64,000 nt of DNA from Minisyncoccota bacterium (lineage in GTDB: Bacteria; Patescibacteriota; Minisyncoccia; UBA6257; GWB1-50-10), in assembly GCA_041665265.1 (NCBI GenBank), contig JBAYJE010000002.1, positions 10,836-74,835 on the forward strand, written 5' to 3'. The translations under genes were made by a program, and so were the position numbers. Of the stretch, positions 39,969-49,174 are shown piece after piece (the first letter of the stretch is position 1; each line of letters starts with the position of its first letter). The notes under the pieces were generated by a model. It searched no databases and was not told the origin of the DNA. It saw only the letters and a program-made list of their open reading frames with translations.

Positions 39969-40370
39969 TTATGCAGGGGTTTGTCTCTTTTTTGGTCCGA
40001 TGCGTTTGTGAGCATGAGGGTGTCCAGATATTTGGACAAGCCCGCATCCTAAAGGATCAATAGTGAGATTTTTACAGGTGCATGTAGTAATGGAGAGAAC
40101 ATCTGTTGAAATGAATTCTCCGCAATTTCCACATTGGTAGTAAATGTCTTCCGGCTTCGGATTACATTTTTTGCACGGGCGTGCACCGTACGCAATCGCA
40201 TCTTCATAGGTGTGTACAAAAATACGATTTTTAGGATGTACCAGCCTTTTTCCTGAGGGGCAATCAAGTCGACCAAATATCTTTTTGGAAGCGATGATTG
40301 CAAATCGTCCAGGTATGCGAGAGTTTATAAATTTTCCTTGTTTCCAAATACGATACAATTTTGCTTTCAT
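39969..40370 (-). CDS. Ada metal-binding-like domain plus C-terminal zinc ribbon
   Basis: IFGRLDCPSG..NRIF..AIAYGARPCKKCNP; CGNC..CTC. Confidence 0.75.
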   Translation of the reverse strand: MKAKLYRIWKQGKFINSRIPGRFAIIASKKIFGRLDCPSGKRLVHPKNRIFVHTYEDAIAYGARPCKKCNPKPEDIYYQCGNCGEFISTDVLSITTCTCKNLTIDPLGCGLVQISGHPHAHKRIGPKKRQTPA

Positions 40371-40475
40371 GAGCCATCTCTTTTTTTGAATACTACTAAT
40401 GGTCAGGATATGTCTTTTGGAGAAAATTGCAAGGAGGTTTAGTAATCGGAAATAAAAAACCCCGTTAAAAAGGGG

Positions 40476-40769
40476 TTATTTTTTGAAAACATGGTATGTA
40501 AATTTTCTCTCACGAATTATTTCTCGTAATGCGCATTTGTATTGCTTTATGAGTAGAGGGAGGGGCACTGATTGTAGCCGCGCGCTTCGCTTGCGCCACC
40601 CTTTTATGAGTATTTGAATTACCCCTGAATCATAAAAACCAAAATGACAATTGTAGCAAAGGAGATAGGGGAGGTCGAGTCTCGTCCATTCACGTTCATC
40701 GAAATGGGAGGAAAGCGCAATATGCATTTCTTTTTTGCAATGCGGACAAAAATATTTTTGCTCGTTCAT
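40476..40769 (-). CDS. Small zinc-ribbon protein
   Basis: CPHC..CYNC; GAGGT SD before ATG 40769. Confidence 0.55.
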   Translation of the reverse strand: MNEQKYFCPHCKKEMHIALSSHFDEREWTRLDLPYLLCYNCHFGFYDSGVIQILIKGWRKRSARLQSVPLPLLIKQYKCALREIIRERKFTYHVFKK

Positions 40770-40938
40770 GTGATACCTCGCAATTATAAAAATACTATTG
40801 TGAATTTTATACTTACAGCCACAAATTACAAGGTGGATCATTCAGGCATATATTCGAATATAACAAAGATTTGTTGTGAAAAATGAGTATGACGAGTAGG
40901 ATGGAAGTAGATACTTTTCAATAATGGCGGAGGGAGTC

Positions 40939-41193
40939 ATGAAACATATTTTTATTTTGGATACCTGTGCATGCACCCCGAAAGATAAGGTTACACTTAA
41001 GGGCCTTGTCTTTCGCCACCAAAAAGAGAATTCCATCTATTTCACCGAGATATGTTGTAATTGCAATCGTGAGACACACATTCGGCAGTTACAAGAGAAT
41101 ATGGACGAGATTTGGAAGATGGAACAGGAGTGCAACGAATATCTTGAGACGGAGAAAAGTGCGTGGCTTCTTAGATATATCGATAAAAAATGA
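40939..41193 (+). CDS. Small Cys-containing hypothetical protein
   Basis: CAC..CCNC; GGAGGGAG SD; followed by terminator 41193-41219. Confidence 0.5.
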   Translation: MKHIFILDTCACTPKDKVTLKGLVFRHQKENSIYFTEICCNCNRETHIRQLQENMDEIWKMEQECNEYLETEKSAWLLRYIDKK

Positions 41194-41248
41194 ACCCCGC
41201 TGTCATAGCGGGGTTTTTGTTCCTTCAAAACATTGTATACTTACCTCT

Positions 41249-41671
41249 ATGTGGATGGTGTATGCTTTTCTTTCCGCAATTACGGCGGCACTTGTTGCAA
41301 TTTTTGGTAAGCTTGGACTGAAAGGGATTGATTCAACACTTGCAACTACTATTCGCTCTTTTATTATGGCGGGTTTTCTTCTTTTTGTAAGTATATTATT
41401 AAATAAATTTAAAGGATTTTCGTTTGGTGCGTTGAGCGGAAAGGAATGGATGCTCATTGTTCTTTCTGGAATTGCGGGCGCACTTTCTTGGCTTTTTTAT
41501 TTTTTTGCATTGAAATCAGGCGAAGCAGGGAAGGTGGTGGCAATTGATCGTCTAAGTATTGTATTTGTGATCATACTCGCTGCACTTTTTCTTGGTGAGC
41601 CACTTGGATGGAAGACGGTGTTGGGCGCGCTTCTTATGCTTGGGGGAGCGCTTCTTATTACTCTCAAATAA
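41249..41671 (+). CDS. EamA/DMT family transporter
   Basis: ALVAIFGKLG..LSWLFYFFALKSG..IDRLS..LGE. Confidence 0.9.
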   Translation: MWMVYAFLSAITAALVAIFGKLGLKGIDSTLATTIRSFIMAGFLLFVSILLNKFKGFSFGALSGKEWMLIVLSGIAGALSWLFYFFALKSGEAGKVVAIDRLSIVFVIILAALFLGEPLGWKTVLGALLMLGGALLITLK

Positions 41672-41678
41672 GACAATC

Positions 41679-41705
41679 AAAAACCGCGCATAGAGCGCGG
41701 TTTTT
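41679..41705. terminator. Bidirectional terminator
   Basis: AAAAACCGCGC-ATAGA-GCGCGGTTTTT between convergent genes. Confidence 0.85.
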
Positions 41706-41707
41706 AG

Positions 41708-42730
41708 TTACCAACTTGCTTCTTCGAGAAATTTTAACGTCTTCTCATTGCTAAGCATTTCTTCTATATAATTTCGAAATGCTTCTGAGTCGGTATTGGG
41801 GTAGTGTGCTTGCGCGTGTTTGAGTTCTTTTTCAATCTCTTTTTCGTCTGCTTTAATATTTTCTTTTTTTGCAATCGCTTTGAGAATAAATTTCATCTTC
41901 ATTTGGCGCTCAATCATTTCCTGTTTCTCTTTCATATATTCTTCCTCGGTTTTTTTCACAATTGTAAAGTATTCCTCTTCACTCATTTTTCTTTTCTCGA
42001 GTTCTTGATGAAGACGACGATGTGCAGTGTGAAGCTCGTCTTCTATCATGAGGGAGGGGAGAGTAAGCTTTGTTTCTTTTACAAGTTCCTGAGCAATCTG
42101 CTCATAGCTCAAGCGCTGTGCTTCAACCTCTTTCTCTTTCTCAATGTTTTCTTGCATCTTTTTTTTGAAATCAGCAACATTTTCAAAAGGACCAAATGTT
42201 TTTACAAGTTCGTCGGTGAGTTCTGGTGCTTTTCCTGCCTCATCGGTGCGCATAGTAAGAATTTGCTGAATAGTTTCGTCTACATCTTTGTCAGTGACCT
42301 CAGGTTTCACTTGTTTTCCTTTCACTATTTTTGCAATTTTTTTGTAGTTAGGGAGTGTAACTTCTGGCTCAACCGCAACAGATATTTTAAATTCGAGCGC
42401 AGATCCTTCTGCGAGTTTCACAAAAGTAATGCGCGGCGAGCTTAAGGGTTCGATGGTATTATCATGAAGGATATGCGGATAGGCGACATTGAGTGCTTCC
42501 TCAGCCGCATCTTCAAGGATGTGGTTCATGTTTACTTGCTTTAAGACGATAGCTTCTGGCACATTCCCTTTTCTAAATCCTTGAACCTCAATTTGCTGAG
42601 ATACCTCACGAAGCACCTCTTTGCGATGCAATTCCATGGTGGGTGCAGGAATTTCCCCCTCGATTTCAACCACAGAATCCTTTGGTTTTCCTACTTTTAT
42701 ATTCGCGTACAATAATTTAGTTTCTTCCAT
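41708..42730 (-). CDS. tig: Trigger factor (no FKBP domain)
   Basis: GFRKGNVP ribosome-binding loop; PELTDE leads directly into the C-domain. Confidence 0.88.
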   Translation of the reverse strand: MEETKLLYANIKVGKPKDSVVEIEGEIPAPTMELHRKEVLREVSQQIEVQGFRKGNVPEAIVLKQVNMNHILEDAAEEALNVAYPHILHDNTIEPLSSPRITFVKLAEGSALEFKISVAVEPEVTLPNYKKIAKIVKGKQVKPEVTDKDVDETIQQILTMRTDEAGKAPELTDELVKTFGPFENVADFKKKMQENIEKEKEVEAQRLSYEQIAQELVKETKLTLPSLMIEDELHTAHRRLHQELEKRKMSEEEYFTIVKKTEEEYMKEKQEMIERQMKMKFILKAIAKKENIKADEKEIEKELKHAQAHYPNTDSEAFRNYIEEMLSNEKTLKFLEEASW

Positions 42731-42817
42731 AGTGATGCTACTTTACTATACGATTTTTTACTTCGCAAGCATTATGTATTTTGTCTTTCTTCGTTATAAT
42801 AGATAGGAATAGCACCT

Positions 42818-44008
42818 ATGCTTATCGAGCGAACCCATTTTCATTTTTTTGGAAAAACAGAATTAAATGCCCTTTATGCAACACTCGGGCTTATTTATTT
42901 TGGTGAAAGCTTGGTGAGTGTATTTGTGCCCGTATATTTGTGGAAACTCGATTTTCAATTGTGGCAGATTCTTTTTTTCTATTTTCTCAACTCCCTTTTC
43001 TTTGTAATTCTTACCTTTCTTATGCTCCCCTGGTTTAAGAAGTTGAGTGATAAGATGATGATGTTTTTGAGCATTCCTTTTCTTGTTGCTTATTTTCTTG
43101 TGTTGAAATTAATCCCTGATATTGGAGCCATGTTTTATGTAGCTCCTTTTCTTCTTGCATGCAGTGCATTGCTATTCAATGTGGGGTACAACCTCGATTT
43201 TTCGAAGGCAACCGATGACAAGAAATTGGGACGTGAAGTGGGAACGAGATACACCGTAGGAGCGCTTACCCAATTCGCAGCACCATTTTTGGGTGGCATT
43301 CTCATTACTACAGTTGGATTTTCAGGCACGTTCTTTGTTGCGGCACTTGTTCTTTTTGTTGCAGTGTTTCCTCTTTTCTTTTTTCCCCACCACCATCTTC
43401 CTCTCAGTCTTAAAAGAAGCGCGCTCGTTTCATTTCTTGAGCAACCAAAACTCGGTATGCTCAATTTGGCATGTGCGGGATATGCAATGGAAACGATAAT
43501 TGGGCGGGTAGTCTGGCCCTTCTTTATTTTTATTGCGGTAGGTAGTATTGAAAATCTTGGCGGAGTGGTGTCGGTGGGACTTCTTGCGTCTGCATTGGCC
43601 ACTTACTTTGTAGGTTTTCTTTCTGACGATGGAAAACGAAGAAAAGCGCTTGCATGGACCACTGGTCTTTTCTCATTTGTGTGGGTGCTGCGCCTTTTCT
43701 TTAAGAGTGTGCCAGGAGTAGTAGGGAGTCACATAGGAGGTAATATTATAAATTCCTCACTTATGGTTGCTTTCTCAAGTCAGTTGTATAAAATTACGCG
43801 CCTTGCTCCCAATCCAAGTCTTTTTATTTTAAGCCGCGAAGTGTTATATCAACTCGCGCGCGTATTCTTTTTGCCGGTACTTATGTTTCTTGCGTTTATG
43901 CTTCCCCTCGATATTTTCTTTTCTGTAAGTTTTGGTATGGCTGCCATCCTCTCACTTTCTTTTCTTTTTGCAAATAAATTTCATTCTCATACTATTGAAG
44001 AAAACTGA
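42818..44008 (+). CDS. MFS transporter
   Basis: About 12 TMs; GFLSDDGKRR motif A-like. Confidence 0.8.
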   Translation: MLIERTHFHFFGKTELNALYATLGLIYFGESLVSVFVPVYLWKLDFQLWQILFFYFLNSLFFVILTFLMLPWFKKLSDKMMMFLSIPFLVAYFLVLKLIPDIGAMFYVAPFLLACSALLFNVGYNLDFSKATDDKKLGREVGTRYTVGALTQFAAPFLGGILITTVGFSGTFFVAALVLFVAVFPLFFFPHHHLPLSLKRSALVSFLEQPKLGMLNLACAGYAMETIIGRVVWPFFIFIAVGSIENLGGVVSVGLLASALATYFVGFLSDDGKRRKALAWTTGLFSFVWVLRLFFKSVPGVVGSHIGGNIINSSLMVAFSSQLYKITRLAPNPSLFILSREVLYQLARVFFLPVLMFLAFMLPLDIFFSVSFGMAAILSLSFLFANKFHSHTIEEN

Positions 44009-44015
44009 CATTCTA

Positions 44016-45185
44016 ATGACAAAACAAAAAAATGGACAGACATTGTTTGAGGAAAAGCCACTTACTGTTTCTGAATATATTGAGCTTTTAAATACGGCGC
44101 TCGCTCGTGATGAGGTCCGTCTGGTGGGTGAGGCGGCAGAGATAAAGTCTTATCCATCAGGTCATGTTTATTTTTCACTCAAAGATGAAAAAGCAAACGC
44201 GGTTATGAATTGTGTTATATGGAAGGGGAATTATGCACGTTGTGGTGTGACAATTGAAGTGGGCATGCGACTCGTACTTACAGGAATACCAAGTCTATAT
44301 GCACCAACGGGGCGTTTTTCATTTGTGGCAAGTATGGTGGAGTTGCAGGGAGAAGGCGCTCTTAAAAAGGCATATGATGAGTTAAAGAAAAAACTTGAGG
44401 GCGAGGGCCTTTTTGCAACAGAACGAAAACGAGCGTTACCAGAGTTGCCACATCGTATAGGTGTAGTGACTTCTCGCGAAGGCGCGGTGATTCACGATTT
44501 TATAAATAATCTTGGGCATTTTGGATTTGAGGTGAGTATGGTAGATTCTCGTGTGGAGGGGCAGCAGGCGGTCACCCCGTTACTCCAGGCAATTCGCACA
44601 CTAAAGAAAAAAAACATCGAAGCACTCGTCGTCATTCGTGGAGGTGGTTCATTTGAGTCACTTCAAGCATTTAATAATGAGATGTTAGTGCGAGAGCTTG
44701 TTAATTTTCCTGTCCCAGTAATTGCGGGGATTGGTCATGATAAAGATGTACCACTTGCCGCACTTGTTGCTGACTATATGGTATCCACACCAACTGCGGC
44801 CGCACATCTTCTTAATGAATCATGGGAATCGGCATATGCGAAAATTCATCAAGTGCCCCATCTTCTCGCACGCATAAAACGCGAATTCGAAAAGATACAG
44901 ACGGATTTTAAAATGGCAGAAGATTCTATGTTTACACACATTGAAGGTGGCATAGAATCACTTTGGCAGACTCTTCACAATGCGGAACAAGTGATTGCGT
45001 TAAATAATCCCGTGCGACAACTACGCCTTGGATATGCAATTGTGCGCAAAGAAGGGAAAATTGCAAGGTCATTAAATGATTTTGCAATTGATGAGCGAGC
45101 GAGTATTGAAGTGAGTGACGGCACGCTCCTTGCGCGAGTAGAAGAAAAAAGCGAATATAAGAATCATGGCAACGAAAGAAACTAA
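44016..45185 (+). CDS. xseA: Exodeoxyribonuclease VII large subunit
   Basis: SGHVYFSLKD, RGGGS.E.L..FN, GIGH.KD, TPTAAA. Confidence 0.95.
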   Translation: MTKQKNGQTLFEEKPLTVSEYIELLNTALARDEVRLVGEAAEIKSYPSGHVYFSLKDEKANAVMNCVIWKGNYARCGVTIEVGMRLVLTGIPSLYAPTGRFSFVASMVELQGEGALKKAYDELKKKLEGEGLFATERKRALPELPHRIGVVTSREGAVIHDFINNLGHFGFEVSMVDSRVEGQQAVTPLLQAIRTLKKKNIEALVVIRGGGSFESLQAFNNEMLVRELVNFPVPVIAGIGHDKDVPLAALVADYMVSTPTAAAHLLNESWESAYAKIHQVPHLLARIKREFEKIQTDFKMAEDSMFTHIEGGIESLWQTLHNAEQVIALNNPVRQLRLGYAIVRKEGKIARSLNDFAIDERASIEVSDGTLLARVEEKSEYKNHGNERN

Positions 45186-45372
45186 AACTTTTAAACAGCA
45201 AATGGAGGAGCTTAGCAAGATTCTTGCTTGGTTTGACGCAAGTGAGGAGCTTGATGTGGAGGCAGCATTGAAAAAGGTGAAGCAGGCAGCCGACCTCATT
45301 CGGGCAAGTAAAAAGCGCCTTGCGGAAGTTGAAAATGAGTTTAAGGAAATAAAGAAAGAAATTGAGGAGTAG
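45166..45372 (+). CDS. xseB: Exodeoxyribonuclease VII small subunit
   Basis: Short coiled-coil protein FKQQMEELSKI..LDVEAAL overlapping the xseA stop. Confidence 0.85.
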   Translation: MATKETKTFKQQMEELSKILAWFDASEELDVEAALKKVKQAADLIRASKKRLAEVENEFKEIKKEIEE

Positions 45373-45557
45373 GCATTTTCCTATTGCTTTTTTTATTCGA
45401 TATGGTATAGTAGGCGCGTAAGTAGGTTTCTCAGTTGGTGTTTCCCTTAGCCTGTATAGTGTTTAAGGATGTATTTAGGAGAGCGAAAGCACTCCAGAGT
45501 ACGAGCCAAGGTGAGTGGTCGCCCTACAAGCAAGAAACACACATACACAAAAAGTAC

Positions 45558-45869
45558 ATGGCAAAGAGATTATATGTGGGAGGATTGCCGTATTCAACCA
45601 CGGATGCCGAATTAAAAGAGGCTTTCGAAAAGGTGATACCGGTCCAATCTGCTTCAATCATCATCGACAAGATGTCGGGACGATCACGCGGATTCGGTTT
45701 CGTAGAGGTAGTAAACGACAATGATGTCGAGAAAGCTATCGAAACGATGAATGGCAAGGAATTCGGAGGACGCACACTCACGGTAAATGAGGCACGCCCA
45801 ATGGAATCGAGAGATTCACGAGATTCCCGACCCCGCGGAGGTTTTGGTGGAGGAAGGAGAGATTACTAA
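45558..45869 (+). CDS. RRM RNA-binding protein
   Basis: RNP2 LYVGGL, RNP1 RGFGFVE, VNEARP, RG-rich tail. Confidence 0.95.
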   Translation: MAKRLYVGGLPYSTTDAELKEAFEKVIPVQSASIIIDKMSGRSRGFGFVEVVNDNDVEKAIETMNGKEFGGRTLTVNEARPMESRDSRDSRPRGGFGGGRRDY

Positions 45870-45888
45870 TTCCCCAAACTACAAAAAG

Positions 45889-45924
45889 TTCCGTTCGCTC
45901 TCAAGCGAACGGGATTTTTGTTTT
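45889..45924 (+). terminator. Terminator/REP-like hairpin, copy 2
   Basis: CCGTTCGCT-CTCA-AGCGAACGGG followed by ATTTTTGTTTT. Confidence 0.85.
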
Positions 45925-45953
45925 GTAAATTGATGGTACAATAGAAAAGAAGT

Positions 45954-46712
45954 ATGGGTAAATTTTACAGTGGCACAAGGACACGCAACGTGTTCAATCC
46001 AAATTCGAAAGAATCCTTTCGTATCAGTCGTTCAAAGATTGACGATTTTTTAAATTGTCCTCGTTGTTTTTATCTCGATCGGCGTCTTGGAGTGGGAAAA
46101 CCACCCTCTTTTCCATTTAATTTAAATAATGCGGTTGATACACTTTTGAAAAAAGAATTTGATATTCATCGCGCCAGACAAACAGTACATCCACTTATGA
46201 AAACATACGGGATAGATGCAGTTCCTTATGCGCATGAAAAAATAGAAGAGTGGCGAGATGCACTTCGACGTGGTGTGCAATATCTTCATACGCCGACCAA
46301 CCTTTTAATCACGGGAGGAGTAGATGATGTATGGGTGAGTCCAAAAGGGGAGCTTATTATTGCAGATTATAAAGCAACCTCAAAAGAAACAGCGGTAAAT
46401 CTTGATGCGGAATGGCAGATTGGATACAAACGACAAATGGAGGTCTATCAATGGCTTTTTCGGCAGAATGGATTTGAGGTTCAAGATACAGGATATTTTG
46501 TGTATTGTAATGGCACGACAGATAGAGAAGCGTTCGATGGAAAGCTTGAATTTGATGTGGTCCTTTTGCCGTATAAAGGAAATGATAAGTGGGTAGAGCC
46601 AACACTTACTCGTATTCATGAGACACTTATGAGTGATGTGATGCCATTTTCGGGACCCGAATGCGATCTTTGTGAATATCGGAAGGCTGCACGCGATGCG
46701 GAAGAGAAATAA
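45954..46712 (+). CDS. PD-(D/E)XK nuclease family protein
   Basis: CPRCFY, GGVDD, ADYKAT, QMEVYQW, CDLC. Confidence 0.85.
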   Translation: MGKFYSGTRTRNVFNPNSKESFRISRSKIDDFLNCPRCFYLDRRLGVGKPPSFPFNLNNAVDTLLKKEFDIHRARQTVHPLMKTYGIDAVPYAHEKIEEWRDALRRGVQYLHTPTNLLITGGVDDVWVSPKGELIIADYKATSKETAVNLDAEWQIGYKRQMEVYQWLFRQNGFEVQDTGYFVYCNGTTDREAFDGKLEFDVVLLPYKGNDKWVEPTLTRIHETLMSDVMPFSGPECDLCEYRKAARDAEEK

Positions 46713-46739
46713 TTATGTTAAATTTGATATTCTATATAT

Positions 46740-46979
46740 ATGACGAATCAATTAACGTTTAGTCCTGTTGAGTGGGCACTTCTGGGAGTCGCACTTTTGT
46801 GGACGCTTATGTGGAAAGGGTTTGCACTTTGGAAGGCAGCAAGAAAAAATGATAAGTGGTGGTTTATTGCCATGATAGTGCCGGTGAACACACTTGGGAT
46901 TCTCGAAATTTTTTATGTTTTCTTTTTTAGCGAAAGAAAAAATTCAAAAAAGAATTTAAAAGAAGAAGAAGGCGTGTAA
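46740..46979 (+). CDS. DUF5652-like small membrane protein
   Basis: WKGFALWKAAR..WF..NTLGILEI. Confidence 0.8.
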   Translation: MTNQLTFSPVEWALLGVALLWTLMWKGFALWKAARKNDKWWFIAMIVPVNTLGILEIFYVFFFSERKNSKKNLKEEEGV

Positions 46980-47157
46980 AAAAATATTTTCCCCTCTTTT
47001 TTGAAAGTTTTCCACAGGCACTGCATGTGACAACAGTGTATAATAAGTGCAGATGAGCAATTGTGAAATCCGGAATTCACAATGCGTGAGAGTGTAAAAG
47101 AAAGTGCACTCCATATTCTCGAAAGGTCGAATACAATAAAGAATTTTTATTCTCTCT

Positions 47158-47250
47158 ATGGCAAAAAAAGTAAAAAAAGTAGCAAAGAAAGCAAAGCCGA
47201 AGGCAAAACCTAAAGCAAAGAAAGCTGCTAAGAAAGGAAAGAGAAAGTAA
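47158..47250 (+). CDS. 30-aa Lys/Ala-rich basic protein (histone H1-tail-like)
   Basis: MAKKVKKVAKKAKPKAKPKAKKAAKKGKRK*, followed by a terminator. Confidence 0.7.
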   Translation: MAKKVKKVAKKAKPKAKPKAKKAAKKGKRK

Positions 47251-47255
47251 TCACT

Positions 47256-47290
47256 AAAATTCCCTCGCGTACGCGGGGGAATTTTTTGTT
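47256..47290 (+). terminator. Rho-independent terminator
   Basis: AAAATTCCCTCGC-GTAC-GCGGGGGAATTTTTT. Confidence 0.85.
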
Positions 47291-47379
47291 GAACTTTCTA
47301 GACCCACCTCTTATTAGGGGAAAATGTGGAGGTTGGCAAATTTGCTCGAATCCTTGATTTTCTGGTACAATCCGCTCAT

Positions 47380-47895
47380 ATGAAAGAAGAAACAAAGAGC
47401 GGTGCAATGGGTATGGTATGCAGCCAAAAAAAGGTCGTAGTATATTCTCTTGTTTCGTTACTTGTAGGTCTTCTTGTGGGCTGGATTATCTTTAGTCCTG
47501 CAAGACCAGCAACAGAAACAGAGGAAGGTATAGTATCGGAAACACCTCTGGTGTTGAATGGAAAGAATGTTGTTTCAGTGGATGACCAGCTTCCTGGTAC
47601 TACTGTAACAATACAGTCAGTGACCTTTGAGAGTGCGGGGTGGGTAGCAATTCATGAAGATCGTGATGGTGGTCCCGGTAATATCCTTGGCGCTTCGTGG
47701 TTTCCTGCAGGAACGAATTCTGGTTCAGTCGAACTTTTAAGGACAACAATTGATGGAGGAACGTATTATGCAATGATGCATAATGACGACGGAAATAAGT
47801 TGTTTGATTTTAAAGTAGACGCACCACTTACTGATGAGTCTGGAAATTCACTTATGGTGAAATTTATGACTACTGCAGCGCCTGCAGTACAATAA
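47380..47895 (+). CDS. Single-TM extracytoplasmic beta-sandwich protein
   Basis: TM; GWVAIHED..PGNILG..YYAMMHNDDG. Confidence 0.7.
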   Translation: MKEETKSGAMGMVCSQKKVVVYSLVSLLVGLLVGWIIFSPARPATETEEGIVSETPLVLNGKNVVSVDDQLPGTTVTIQSVTFESAGWVAIHEDRDGGPGNILGASWFPAGTNSGSVELLRTTIDGGTYYAMMHNDDGNKLFDFKVDAPLTDESGNSLMVKFMTTAAPAVQ

Positions 47896-47978
47896 TTACT
47901 TACTAAGTAATTAAAATACTCCCTTCATAGCGAAGGGAATATTTATTTATAGATGTTTGTGAGTACAATAAAGAAACT

Positions 47979-48800
47979 ATGAATGCGCGCATAAAGATAT
48001 TACAGAAAAAGGTGTGGGCATATTATCGTACTTATGGGCGGCACGCGATGCAGTGGCGACGCGCGCGTACGCCCTATCGCATATTTATTTCTGAAGTGAT
48101 GCTTCAACAGACGCAGGTTTCTCGTGTGGAGAAAAAGTTTCCAGAATTTTTAAAACAATTTTCCACGTTTAAATCACTTGCTGAAGCTCGTGTGGCCGAG
48201 GTGTTAAAAGCATGGCAGGGGATGGGATATAACAGGCGCGCACTTAATATGAGGCGTGCTGCAGAAATAATAGTAAATGAGTATGGTGGTAAGTTGCCAC
48301 ACGACCCCATGCTCCTCGAAACACTTCCAGGGATTGGAAAAGCAACCGCAGGTTCTATCGCGGCATTCGCATTTAATAGCCCTGTACCATTTATTGAAAC
48401 AAATATTCGACGCGTGTTTATTCATTTTTTGTTTTCACGAAATAAAAAAGTAAGTGATGAAGAAATTATGAAATATGTAGTAAGTGCGATGGATATAAAA
48501 AATCCTCGTGAATGGTATTACGCACTTATGGATTATGGCGCGATGCTTGCGGCGCACGGAAAAGAGAATTCCAATAAGAAAAGTAAGACATATCGAGTGC
48601 AATCCCGATTTTCTGGCTCGTCGCGAGAGTTACGAGGGAAGATACTCTCCCTTCTCCTTACTCAAAAAAGAATTTCGGAAACGAAAATACACCACAGTGT
48701 CAAGGGATTAAAAAAAGATGTAGAGGACACACTTTTTGCACTTGAGAATGAGGGCTTTATTACTCATAAAGGCGTGTGGTATAGCGTGGTGGAGAAATAA
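47979..48800 (+). CDS. mutY: A/G-specific adenine glycosylase (short, no Fe-S cysteines)
   Basis: SEVMLQQTQV, WQGMGYNRRA, LPGIG, ETNIRR, ALMDYG. Confidence 0.88.
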   Translation: MNARIKILQKKVWAYYRTYGRHAMQWRRARTPYRIFISEVMLQQTQVSRVEKKFPEFLKQFSTFKSLAEARVAEVLKAWQGMGYNRRALNMRRAAEIIVNEYGGKLPHDPMLLETLPGIGKATAGSIAAFAFNSPVPFIETNIRRVFIHFLFSRNKKVSDEEIMKYVVSAMDIKNPREWYYALMDYGAMLAAHGKENSNKKSKTYRVQSRFSGSSRELRGKILSLLLTQKRISETKIHHSVKGLKKDVEDTLFALENEGFITHKGVWYSVVEK

Positions 48801-48906
48801 AGGAATCCACAAGGGGTATTGATGAGTAGCGCTCTAATTTGGTATGATTATCTTCAGAAATGAGATTCCGCTCTGTGAGGGAGTGAAATCGATTTTTTTA
48901 ACGATG

Positions 48907-48941
48907 AGCCCGCAAAGAAATTTGCGGGTTTTTCGTTTTTT
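48907..48941 (+). terminator. Rho-independent terminator
   Basis: GCCCGCAAA-GAAA-TTTGCGGGTTTTT. Confidence 0.8.
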
Positions 48942-49174
48942 ATTTATTTAAGTAATTTTCATTTTTCAGGACGGAATAAAGATGATTGGTAGAGCAATGT
49001 ACTGGAATGGATGAGCTCTACCAATGGTATGTGTGAACGAGAAATTTTGTGGGTGGATATGTACGATTCTTGTGTAAAGATATCTGTGTATAACTTTTTC
49101 TTTTTCTCGTAAATTATATTGTGATACGATGAAAAGAATGAATAGCTTCGGAGGGAAGAATGTAATTTAAATTT

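Noticed and set aside
41804-42445. 213-aa Phe-rich plus-strand ORF (also 28343-28777 minus)
   Set aside because: Antisense artefacts of Glu/Lys-rich real genes
45954-46712. Cas4 of a CRISPR system
   Set aside because: Solo PD-(D/E)XK nuclease without cas1/cas2 or an array
48855-48910. Fluoride riboswitch resemblance
   Set aside because: The conserved GGNGATGG..TTC start and pseudoknot pairing are not matched; no fluoride-related gene follows
48985-49025. 11-bp inverted repeat ATTGGTAGAGC/GCTCTACCAAT resembling a tRNA D-arm fragment or att site
   Set aside because: No other tRNA parts, no integrase, no direct-repeat partner seen
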